Assembly: GCA_964016885.1 (NCBI GenBank)
Contig: OZ024742.1
Coordinates: forward strand, 40,920,001-40,984,000
DNA length: 64,000 bases
Source of the DNA: Eledone cirrhosa
Taxonomy: Eukaryota
Direction: 5' to 3'
Shown here: positions 49,772-61,600 of the stretch, piece after piece
Numbering within the stretch: position 1 is the stretch's first letter
Layout of the letters: the number at the start of each line of letters is the position of its first letter
Made by a program: the position numbers and the translations under genes
The notes under the pieces: generated by a model
What the model saw: only the letters and a program-made list of their open reading frames with translations
Told to the model about the DNA's origin: nothing
Database searches by the model: none

Positions 49772-50120
49772 CATATCTATTTCTATCCCTGTCTTTCTCT
49801 TTCCCGCTTTCTTCCATTCCTCTCTCTTCCTTTCTTTCTGCTTGTTTTAATTTTGGTATATTTTTATATTTTTATATAATCATTATGTTATTATCATCAT
49901 TATCACCACCACCACATAAATATATATATATATATATATATACAGTAATTAGGAATATTCCAAAGCTTGGTAGAACATGTTGTGAGGAAAGTTATCAACA
50001 TACGTTAAGGTGACTCGACAGGTTGGTAGGGATTCTGTAGTGGAAACACGAACAAACGAGGAGTGTAATCAAAAAAGAGAAATAGGACGAAGGTAAACAG
50101 TTACAAAAGGATTTAATCCA

Positions 50121-50223
50121 CGTATTAACAATTGTTTCATCAGAATTTCAGTCCATTATTGCTACACTATGTCATAATAGGCAATCAAGAAAGATACTGT
50201 GACATCCGAATTTTCAAAATACA
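50121..50223 (-). ncRNA. Degenerate type I hammerhead ribozyme-like motif in the PLE terminal repeat
   Basis: Minus strand: TGTATT / TTGAAAA (versus CUGANGA) / stem II TCGGA..TCTGA / GAAA-CAATTG-TT / AATACG. Stem geometry fits, but the core has two mismatches. Confidence 0.5.
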
Positions 50224-50603
50224 AAGTTGAAATGACCTTAGGAAATGAAATAAGGGGTAGTAGTGTAAGATAGAGGAACAGAGAGAGAGAGAGGGGGGAA
50301 AAAGAGAGGGAGAGAGAGAGAGAAAAGGGACGGAGGTAGGGAGAGAAAGAGAAAGAGATAGGGTGGTGTGAGAGGATTTGTATAGAATATAGTTAAGTTA
50401 CAAGAAGGGAGGGGGAGGAGGGTTGTGTGCTATGATGAGTAGAGGGGGAGAGAAGGGAGATGGAATTTTAAGTGGCAGTTGGTAGTGGACAGGCGAAAGT
50501 TTACCAGAGAATCGATGAAGGAAGAAAGTATTAAATTTCATATATAGTCTATTTTTAGGAGTGTAGAATTGTTATTTAGGGTAGAAAGGGAAGAGAGGTA
50601 GTG

Positions 50604-51038
50604 TTAAGATTTAGTTGAAGGTTTGAAGTATGAGAACTTCGCTTTTAGTTTATGCTGGCAAAAGATTGACCTTTCAATTTTGTTGTTGAGTAGTTGGTGG
50701 CCTGAACTTAGGATATGGAAGAGCTCATTATTACACAACGGGCACGTTTTCATCCCACTCCGGTATGGAGGAGCATGTGAGAGTTTGGTCCATTTAAGGG
50801 TGTATTGTCGGTTACTCCCTTTTAAGTGCCAAATTTTGTCGGCGAGAGTCGTTACGTAATGGTGTTGGGAGTGCTTTATTGCATAACGATGCGTGTACCA
50901 ACGAGTTTTGAAGGTGTTTGCAGTGCTGCCTATGTAGTGCCAGGTTTGGTTGTCAGACTCAACCGAGCACCTGTACACTAGGTTTGAATGCAAACATTCG
51001 TTATTCAATGGACAAGTCTCTGGAAGGTGGCAATTACA
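50604..51038 (-). pseudogene. GIY-YIG endonuclease domain (C-terminus of a Penelope-like ORF)
   Basis: CNC...CPLNNECL, LVY...YIGST, FKTRWYTH, CPLC..E. No RT domain present upstream. Confidence 0.85.
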
Positions 51039-51300
51039 ATTTCTGTTATGGGCAGTGGTGGAGTTATAGGTGGGCTGGGATGTGTGTGTGAGTGTGTTTT
51101 GTGCATACTTTTTGTTAGTGGGTGGTTGTGTATTAGGTGTATTATTGTGTTGAGTGATTGGGGTGTTGTTGTTACGGAGTTTCTTGATTGCCTATTATTA
51201 CATAGTGTAGCAATAATGGACTGAAATTCTGATGAAACAATTGTTAATACGTGGATTAAATCCTTTTGTAACTGTTTACCTTCGTCCTATTTCTCTTTTT

Positions 51301-51379
<79 letters not shown>

Positions 51380-51559
51380 ATGAACGAGGCTTCAAAGTAT
51401 CTTCATTACCTTTATTCAGGTGGTGTGACGCGCGTTTCGCGATTGCTCAGCTCAAGGTACGATTCGTATCAAGCGGGCCTGACTCTGGAATCAATAGACC
51501 ATCAAACTCGTGGATTCCCCAAGTCTCACCCTTTTGTTTATGTCTCTTAACTTAGTGGT

Positions 51560-51700
51560 GCGACAAAAAAGAGATCGATAAAATAAGCACCAAGCTTAAA
51601 AAAGATAAGTACTGCGGTCTATATGATCGGCTAAATCATTTTAATATGGTGCTCCAACATGGCCGCTGAAACCAGTAGAATTGTGAAAGAATAAAAGAAC
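51560..51700 (+). mobile_element. Degenerate SINE-like repeat fragment (octopus-type)
   Basis: TCGATAAAATAAGCACCA...AAGTACTGCGGTC shares motifs with the SINE at 55.9-56.1 kb. GGTGCTCCAACATGGCCGC...GAATAAAAGAA tail. Recognised from memory, not searched. Confidence 0.5.
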
Positions 51701-52357
51701 TTTTCTCGTCATAAATATTACAATATGTCAAATCAAAATACTGTGAAGTTTAGTTATTCTCTTACCAATAAATTCGCAGCAACGTAGCAAAAACAAATGA
51801 TAGAAATCTTACACTATTACTCTATTGGATTTTCCAGCTGACTGGCTGAGGTCATGCTGGGGCACTGCCAACATATAACAGGTTTAACTACTTCTTAATA
51901 TTCACACTTCTTCCTCAATATTCTCACCTTGACACGATCTCTCTTGCTTACAATATCGCCCCAAAAAGTTACATCTGGTTTTCTGAAAATATTTTTCAAA
52001 ACATGATATTCCCAACATATTCACATTTTAAGATTATAGGACGTAACTTTATCAAATTACATCTGGAGTTTAAAAGACAAAAATATCACTGCCTTTAGAT
52101 CAATTGATATCCAACATGTATTCCCATATGCATATGAAATACAGCGATACGATCTTTGCCTCACTGACAAAATGCATATTCTATTGCATCATTTCAACAT
52201 TCTAAATAATAAATCTGAATTTGAAAATTCTTACAATTATTGTGATGAACGGAAGTTGCGGTATCCGTAGAGAGCAATCGCAACACTAAAATAGATGTTT
52301 TGTATTGAGTATTTGCTGCACTCCTTTGTAAATTCAAAGGTGTACACGCACACACAC

Positions 52358-52436
<79 letters not shown>

Positions 52437-52500
52437 CTGGTCCCTTATAATTTGAACACAGATATGTATATATCTGTGTTTATCTCTCTTTATTATATTG

Positions 52501-52543
<43 letters not shown>

Positions 52544-52586
52544 AATATACGCATACATACATACATACCTACATACATACATACAT

Positions 52587-53133
52587 GGAGGCTGCCAACT
52601 CGTTTTCGAGTACGGCCGCTACTTTATATCCAGGTAGGAGAACCCCTACCGATGGGCTGAACGAGTGTGACTTTTTAGTCCAGCCAGCGACTTGAAAACT
52701 CTGGTACAGACACTACACTTGTGACAATTATTGACACAGTGCTGGGCTCATGGTACCATGTGACGACAAGTGCAGAGAGATCTCCAGATATAAAGCAATG
52801 ACTCTGCCGTGAAGCTCTTATAGTGAGCAAAGGCACTGCACAAAGCCAGTCCCACTCTCTTAACCAAGATGATATTTACCAAAGAGAAGAACAAGTCAAC
52901 ATCATTGGATACCATCAGGGTTGCAGGTGTTATATCAGAGTTTTCCTTCTCCTAAAATTCTGCCTTGACAAAGGCTAAGGGATCATCTCTCCCGGTGATT
53001 TTGGATGGCCATTGACTCTTAAGAGCTCCTTTGCCCTTTGACAGGTTTTGTTTTTAGTCCTGCAGGATGTCCAAAGTCACCCTCCTCACCAAGAAACCTT
53101 GGTGGGGTTGCCAGTTTAGTCGCCAACGACCGA
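52587..53133 (-). mobile_element. Short non-autonomous RTE-like element (5' UTR-like part joined to ORF2 3' end) with (ATGT)n tail
   Basis: Minus strand has TAGGAGAAGGAAAACTCTGA (RTE-type 5' UTR motif, from memory), a terminal C2H2 motif CSVCTRVFKSLAGLKSHTRSAHR* (52717-52646), a short hairpin CTCG-AAAA-CGAG, and then ATGT repeats. Confidence 0.6.
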
Positions 53134-53255
53134 CATACATACATACATACATACAAACATACATACATACATACATACATACATACATACATACATACAT
53201 ACGTACGTACATACATACATACATACATACATACATACATACATACATACATACA
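53133..53255. repeat. (TACA)n microsatellite
   Basis: Direct observation. Confidence 0.97.
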
Positions 53256-53702
53256 CAAAAACTGCCACCAAATTAAAGCACAACCGGCCTGATATTGTAG
53301 TTTGGGACCACACATTGAAAACGTGTTCTGTTGTGGAGATCAGCTGCCCACTTGATGTAAACGTTGTCAGAAAAATACAGGAGAAGGAGGACATCTACGG
53401 ACCATTGATGAGGAGTTTACAAATCCAGTATCCAAGATACACCTTTAGCTTCATACCCATCATTATTGGAGCTACGGGTTATATACCAACCCGCTTGGAA
53501 CAAAGTATGACTGAACTTGGATTTGCGGACAAAGAGCGCAGCTCCCTAATTCATAGTCTACAAATGGCTGCGATAGCTGGCACCTTCAAAATTTGCAAAA
53601 CATTCTTGCGATTCAAGGGATGACAATTTTTTTTCTTTTACAACCTTGCCACCAGGAAGGTGGCCGGTCAAAAAAAATACTCGAAATTAAGAGAAAGAGA
53701 TA
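53256..53702 (+). mobile_element. 3' fragment of a restriction-like-endonuclease (RLE) non-LTR retrotransposon (R4/Dong-like); coding frame 53258-53623
   Basis: HNRPDIVVWD...VVEISCP.D.N...K..EK...Y..L...IPIIIGATG is a PD-(D/E)xK-type RLE pattern. Short 3' UTR followed by ACATACATAC. Confidence 0.8.
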
Positions 53703-54002
53703 ACATACATACTTATATGTGTGTGTCTGTATGTGTGTGTGTGTGTGTGTTAAATATATAGAAAGAGAAAGAGGAAAAAAGAGAGAGATGGGTGGATGAA
53801 TCAATTGATAGATAGATATATTTTATTACCGTAGTGATTCACAATAAAAGGGAATTCAAAATTACAAACAAAGTAGTTATATTCTGTTCTTATTGTCCCC
53901 CTACAGTGGACAGACGTTAAGACTCATCTTTTCAGAGGAAATTGATTAATACTTGAAATTTGACGAATATATATATTGTAAGACCAGGTGGAAATAGGAT
54001 AG

Positions 54003-54004
<2 letters not shown>

Positions 54005-54043
<39 letters not shown>

Positions 54044-54117
54044 TGTAGTAGTAGTAGCAGTATGTGGTAGTAGTAGTAGTAGTAGTGGTGGTGTTAGTAG
54101 TGGTGGTGGTGGTGGTT

Positions 54118-54150
<33 letters not shown>

Positions 54151-54179
54151 TGTGGTAGTAGTAGTAGTAGTATGTGGTT

Positions 54180-54212
<33 letters not shown>

Positions 54213-54216
54213 TGTG

Positions 54217-54251
<35 letters not shown>

Positions 54252-54349
54252 GGTGGTGGTGGTTGTAGTAGTAGTAGTAGTAGTAGTAGTAGCAGTAGTA
54301 TGTGGTAGTAGTAGTAGTAGTAGTGGTGGTGGTTGTAGTAGTAGTAGCG

Positions 54350-54381
<32 letters not shown>

Positions 54382-54481
54382 GGTGGTGGTGGTTGTAGTA
54401 GTAGTAGTAGCGGTGGTGGTGGTGGTAGTAGTAGTAGTAGTCGTGGTGGTGGTGGTGGTTGTAGTAGTAGTAGTAGCGGTG

Positions 54482-54540
<59 letters not shown>

Positions 54541-54577
54541 TGTAGTGGTGGTTGTAGTAGTAGTAGTAGCGGTGGTG

Positions 54578-54648
<71 letters not shown>

Positions 54649-54673
54649 TGTAGTAGTAGTAGTAGTAGCGGTG

Positions 54674-54705
<32 letters not shown>

Positions 54706-54728
54706 GGTGATTGTTGTAGTAGTAGTAA
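54005..54728. repeat. Compound (TAG)n/(TGG)n microsatellite
   Basis: Direct observation. Confidence 0.95.
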
Positions 54729-55012
54729 TGGGTGCATATTATCAAGGCACCAATACCACCGCTTTACATATATATATGAAGATTTTTGCCATAACATTAA
54801 CAACTGTGAAAGCATGTCTTCTCGTTAGTGTTTCAGAAGACGGTTGATCGAACAGGAATTTCGAGACTAGAAATAGGTCGTAGCCTTAGCCTAACCACTA
54901 CCATGCTTGTCGATACATCGATCTTCCACGATCAATCGACCCTCTGAAACGATCGTAAAACAATGAAATAATTAACTATCTACTTCTGACTTCTGTCTTT
55001 TTTTTATTGTCC

Positions 55013-55014
<2 letters not shown>

Positions 55015-55077
<63 letters not shown>

Positions 55078-55100
55078 CCACACACACAACCACACACACA
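55015..55100. repeat. (CA)n microsatellite
   Basis: Direct observation. Confidence 0.95.
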
Positions 55101-55529
55101 TACTTATTTTATCTCTACCAAAACACAACCACCGTATCTGTTATTAACTAAAATGTGGACACTCTGAACTATTGGTTGCAATTACATTACTGCAGCTTGG
55201 CAGATTTATTGAGTGAGCTAGACGTTGAGTTAATATCAACGATCTTCGTTAATGATATATATATATATATATATATTGGAATTTCGTATTTCTAAAGAAA
55301 TACGGTATGTTTATAAATAAATAAACATTTAGAAAACCGTAGCTATGCAAATTCCCCACCAGCGGCTATCGCCACCTAGCGGTGTCCAGCAGAAGCAAGG
55401 GAGACAATCGTCGATGCGTATTTCGAACTGAACTGGTTCTTGTCAGGACGATCCTTCCCGCTCTTGCAACTGCTAGACTTTGAAAACAGGTGAGAATATA
55501 TGGTTTTCTCGTCTGTGTAAATGAGGTGA

Positions 55530-55584
<55 letters not shown>

Positions 55585-55660
55585 CAAAGGAATTGTGGTA
55601 AGGAACCAGATGGACCATAACGCACCAGAGTACTCATTACTTAGGGTAGCAGAGTGGGAA

Positions 55661-55710
55661 ATAGGAAAAAGTATGACCCCGACGGCAGTCGGGGTCATAC
55701 TTTTTCCTAT
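55661..55710. repeat. Perfect inverted repeat, 23-bp arms with a 4-nt loop
   Basis: ATAGGAAAAAGTATGACCCCGAC-GGCA-GTCGGGGTCATACTTTTTCCTAT. Confidence 0.95.
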
Positions 55711-55931
55711 ATATATATATATATATATATCAAGTTCCTGTATCTAGTGCAGCCAATATCAGCCTTAGAAGTGCTTGGCGATACTCACCTCATCTCCAAG
55801 TGTCCAGTCTCTCACTATGTTTAGCCTACCAGCAGTTACTCAGGTATGGTTTGAAAGATAGACAAAAATCATTGGTAAATTTGAAATTTAAAATGCATGC
55901 TTCCCAACGCAAATTACCATAGTAACACTGT

Positions 55932-56140
55932 AAATAATGGTTTCTTATATAGCCACAAGGCCAGTAATTTTGGGGGAGGGGAAAGTCGATTAAATCGACC
56001 CCAGTGCGTGACTGGTGCTTTATTTTATCGACTCCGTAAGGATGAAAGGCAAAGTTAACCTCGGCAGGATTTGAACTCAGATCATAAAGGGCCGTAACTC
56101 TATCCTGCAAAGCATGGTATCTGCCAATCCACCGCCCTCA
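55932..56140 (-). mobile_element. tRNA-derived SINE (octopus-type)
   Basis: Minus strand has a B-box GAGTTCAAATCC followed by GCCGAGGTTAACTTTGCCTTTCATCC...GTCGATAAAATAAAGCACCAG...CTGGGGTCGAT, a body I recognise from octopus SINEs. Flanked by a direct repeat CACTGTAAATAAT (55926 and 56142). Confidence 0.7.
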
Positions 56141-56483
56141 GCACTGTAAATAATAATTAAGAAACTCGCAGAAACTACCCCGGAGACATGCAATTATTTA
56201 CAGTGGCTGACTATTGTTCTGGTTATTTGTGTTGGGAAGTACATATTTCATATATAGATATTCTAGCGGAAGGCAATATAAATATATTTATTAGCAACTC
56301 ATCTAAAAGGAAAATTCAAGAATTATAAAAGGTGAAAGATAAAAAAAAAGTATTATTTTTTTTTTTTTTTTTTTAAATACATATTAAACATTTCCAATAA
56401 GAAAAGAAATAAGGAAATAAAATGGAAAATTTGGAAAATGAGAAAAAAAATTATTCAACTGACGAATAATCTTGTTCTTGCTA

Positions 56484-56691
56484 ACTCTCTCTCTATCTCT
56501 CTCTCTGTCTCTCTCTCTCTCTCACTTTCTCGCTTTCTCTCTCTTTCTCTCTTTCTCTCTTTCTCTCTTTCTTTCTTTATTTATTTATTTCTCTTTCTTT
56601 CTATCTCCCTCTCTCTCTTTCTATATCTCTCTCTATATCTATCTCTACCTATCTATCTATCTATCTCCATCTCACTCTCTCTCTCCCTCTA

Positions 56692-56724
<33 letters not shown>

Positions 56725-56889
56725 CTCACTCTCTCTCTCTCTATCTCTCTTTCTCTATCTATCTATCTATCTCCCCCTCACTCTCTCTCCCTCTATCTCT
56801 CTCTATCTATCTATCTCTCTCTCTCTCCCTCTATCTCTCTCTCTCTATCTATCTATCTATCTCCATCTCACTCTCTCTCTCTCCCTCTA

Positions 56890-56924
<35 letters not shown>

Positions 56925-56938
56925 CCCTCTCACTCTAT

Positions 56939-56972
<34 letters not shown>

Positions 56973-57282
56973 CTATCTCCCTCTCCCTCTCTCTCTCCCT
57001 CTATCTCTCTCTATCTATCTATCTATCTATCTCTCCCTCTATCTCTCTCTATCTATCTATCTATCTGTCTCCCTCTCACTCTCTCTCTCTATCTCTCTTT
57101 CTCTTATCTATCTATCTCCCCCTCACTCTCTCTCTCTCCCTCTATCTCTCACTCTCTACCTATCTATCTATCTCCCTCTCACTCTCTTTCTCTCTACCCC
57201 CTCTCTCTATCTATCTATCTATCTCCCTCTCACTCTCTCTCTCCCTCTACCCCCCTCTCTCTATCTATCTATCTCCCTCTCC
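56484..57282. repeat. Compound (TC)n/(TATC)n pyrimidine tract
   Basis: Direct observation. Confidence 0.95.
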
Positions 57283-57394
57283 TACTTTACGTGTAATATA
57301 ACAAGCAATTAGTAAGCTAATAATAAATCTCGCATCAATTGATATTATATAAATAACTAAAGAACAAAATAAAAATTAATACATATAGGCTTAT

Positions 57395-58116
<722 letters not shown>

Positions 58117-58306
58117 GGAGGTGAGTTTTATTGTAGTACAATAATATGTTGATTTAAAACTGCACTATCAACAAGTGTTTTTTTAGCCTTCATATCATGT
58201 TCTCCTGTTTTATCTGATGAAAACACAAATATTATTGTTTGATGATGTTTGTTTTTGAAATGCGCATAATAAAATATATTGAACTCCTTTAACCATCTTT
58301 TGATCT

Positions 58307-58357
<51 letters not shown>

Positions 58358-58629
58358 TAGATAGATGGATAGATACACATATATATATGCACTTATATAT
58401 ATATATACATATACATACGCATATATATATGTGTGCGTGTGTGTGTATACATATGTGCAGATATACGGAGTAACAGACAGACAGAGGATCATATGCGTGT
58501 ATGTGTCTGAGTATATATATATATACATATATATATATATACATGTGTCTGTGTATACAGATATATGTTCTTTCCATCCCCAGACACTTCCCCTTTACAT
58601 TCATTACTATTATCATTTTCGTAATGGAG

Positions 58630-61600
58630 ATACCAGCAAATCCACCACCAATACCACCCAGCACTACCACCACCACCAATACCACCCAAAACTACCTCCA
58701 CCACCAATACCACCCAACACTACCCCCACCAACAACACCAACACTACCACCACCAACACTACCACCACCAACAATACCACCCAACACTACCACCACCACC
58801 AATACCGCCCAACACAACCTCCACTACCAATACCACCCAGCACTACCACCACCACCAATACCACCCAAAACTACCTCCACCACCAATACCACCCAACACT
58901 ACCACGACCACCAATACCACCCAGCACTACCACCACCACCAATACCACCCAACACTACCACCACCACCAATACCACCCAGCACTACCACCACCACCAATA
59001 CCACCCAGCACTACCACGACCACCAATACCACCCAAAACTACCTCCACCACCAATACCACCCAACACTACCACCACCACCAATACCACCCAAAACTACCT
59101 CCACCACCAATACCACCCAACACTACCACGACCACCAATACCACCCAGCACTACCACCACCACCAATACCACCCAACACTACCACCACCACCAATACCAC
59201 CCAGCACTACCACCACCACCAATACCACCCAGCACTACCACCACCACCAATACCACCCAAAACTACCTCCACCACCAATACCACCCAACACTACCACGAC
59301 CACCAATACCACCCAGCACTACCACCACCACCAATACCACCCAACACTACCACCACCACCAATACCACCCAGCACTACCACCACCACCAATACCACCCAG
59401 CACTACCACGACCACCAATACCACCCAAAACTACCTCCACCACCAATACCACCCAACACTACCTCCACCACCAATACCACCCAAAACTACCTCCACCACC
59501 AATACCACCCAGCACTACCACCACCACCAATACCACCCAAAACTACCTCCACCACCAATACCACCCAAAACTACCTCCACCACCAATACCACCCAACACT
59601 ACCACCACCACCAATACCACCCAACACTACCACCACCACCAATACCACCCAGCACTACCACCACCACCAATACCACCCAGCACTACCACGACCACCAATA
59701 CCACCCAAAACTACCTCCACCACCAATACCACCCAAAACTACCTCCACCACCAATACCACCCAACACTACCACCACCACCAATACCACCCAGCACTACCA
59801 CCACCACCAATACCACCCAGCACTACCACCACCACCAATACCACCCAACACTACCACCACCAACAATACCACCCAACACTACCACCACCAATACCACCCA
59901 GTACTACCACCACCACCAATACCACCCAACACTACCACCACCACCAATACCACCCAACACTACCACCACCACCAATACCGCCCAACACTACTTCCACCAC
60001 GAATACCAGCCAACACTACCACCACCACCAATACCACCCAACACTACCACCACCACCAATACCACCCAACACTACCACCACCACCAATACCACCCAACAC
60101 TACCACCACCAACAATACCACCCAACACTACCACCACCAACAATACCACCCAGCACTACCACCACCACCAATACCACCCAACACTACCACCACCACCAAT
60201 ACCACCCTGCACTACAACCACCACCAATACCACCCAACACTACCACCACCACCAATACCACCCAACACTACCACCACCACCAATACCACCCAACACTACC
60301 ACCACCACCAATACCACCCAACACTACCACCACCACCAATACCACCCAACACTACCACCTCAACCAATACCACCCAACACTACCACCACCACCAATACCA
60401 CCCAACACTACCACCACCAACAATACCACCCAACACTACCACCACCAACAATACCACCCAGCACTACCACCACCACCAATACCACCCAACACTACCACCA
60501 CCAACAATACCACCCAACACTACCTTCACCACCAATACAACCCAACACTACCACCACCACCAATACCACCCAACACTACCTCCACCACCAATACCACCCA
60601 ACACTACCACCACCAACAATACCACCCAGCACTACCACCACCACCAATACCACCCAACACTACCACCACCAACAATACCACCCAGCACTACCACCACCAC
60701 CAATACCACAAAACACTACCTCCACCACCAAAACCACCCAACACTAACAGCACCACCAATACCACCCAACACTACCACCACCACCAATACCACCCAGCAC
60801 TACCACCACCACCAATACCACCCAGCACTACCACCACCAACAATACCACCCAACACTACCAATACCACCCAACACTACCACCCAACACTACCACCTCCAC
60901 CAATACCACCCAACACTACCTCCACCACCAATACCACCCAACACTACCACCACCACCAATACCACCCAACACTACCACCACCAATACCTCCAAACACTAC
61001 CACCACCAACAATACCACCCAACACTACCACCACCAACGATACCACCCAACACTACCTCCACCACCAATAGCACCCAACACTACCACCACCACCAATACC
61101 ACCCAACACAACCACCACCAATACCTCCAAACACTACCACCACCAACAATACCACCCAACACTACCACCACCAACAATACCACCCAACACTACCTCCACC
61201 AACAATACCACCCAACACTACCACCACCACCAATACCACCCAACACTACCACCACCAACAATACGACCCAACACAACCACCACCACCAATACCACCCAAC
61301 ACTACCACCACCACCAATACCACCCAACACTACCACCACCACCAATACCACCCAACACTAACGCCACCACCAATAGCATCCAACACTACCACCACCAATA
61401 CCACCCAACACTACCACCACCACCAATACCACCCAACACTACCACCACCACCAATACCACCCAACACTACCACTACCACCAATACCACCCAACACTACCT
61501 CCACCCAACACTACCTCCACCACCAATACCACCCAACACTACCACCACCAACAATACCACCCAACACTACCACCACCAACAATACCACCCAACGCTACCA

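Larger units (their letters stand above)
50068..51304 (-). mobile_element. 5'-truncated Penelope-like element with an inverted copy of its terminal repeat
   Basis: About 125-bp inverted repeats (50068-50192 and 51180-51304; one mismatch seen) enclose a minus-strand GIY-YIG frame. Abuts (TA)n at 51303-51375. Confidence 0.85.

Noticed and set aside
53000-53133. HDV-like ribozyme at the RTE-like 5' end
   Set aside because: Small hairpins are present (GTCG/CGAC, CACCAAG/CTTGGTG) but I could not build the nested double pseudoknot.
54835-54905. tRNA gene on the minus strand (TGGTAGTGGTTAG ... GTTCGATC)
   Set aside because: Only A/B-box-like motifs and no cloverleaf. At most a decayed SINE head.
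58365-61361. Pro/His/Thr-rich extensin-like ORFs
   Set aside because: Translation of a 28-bp (non-triplet) minisatellite; open in several frames by composition.
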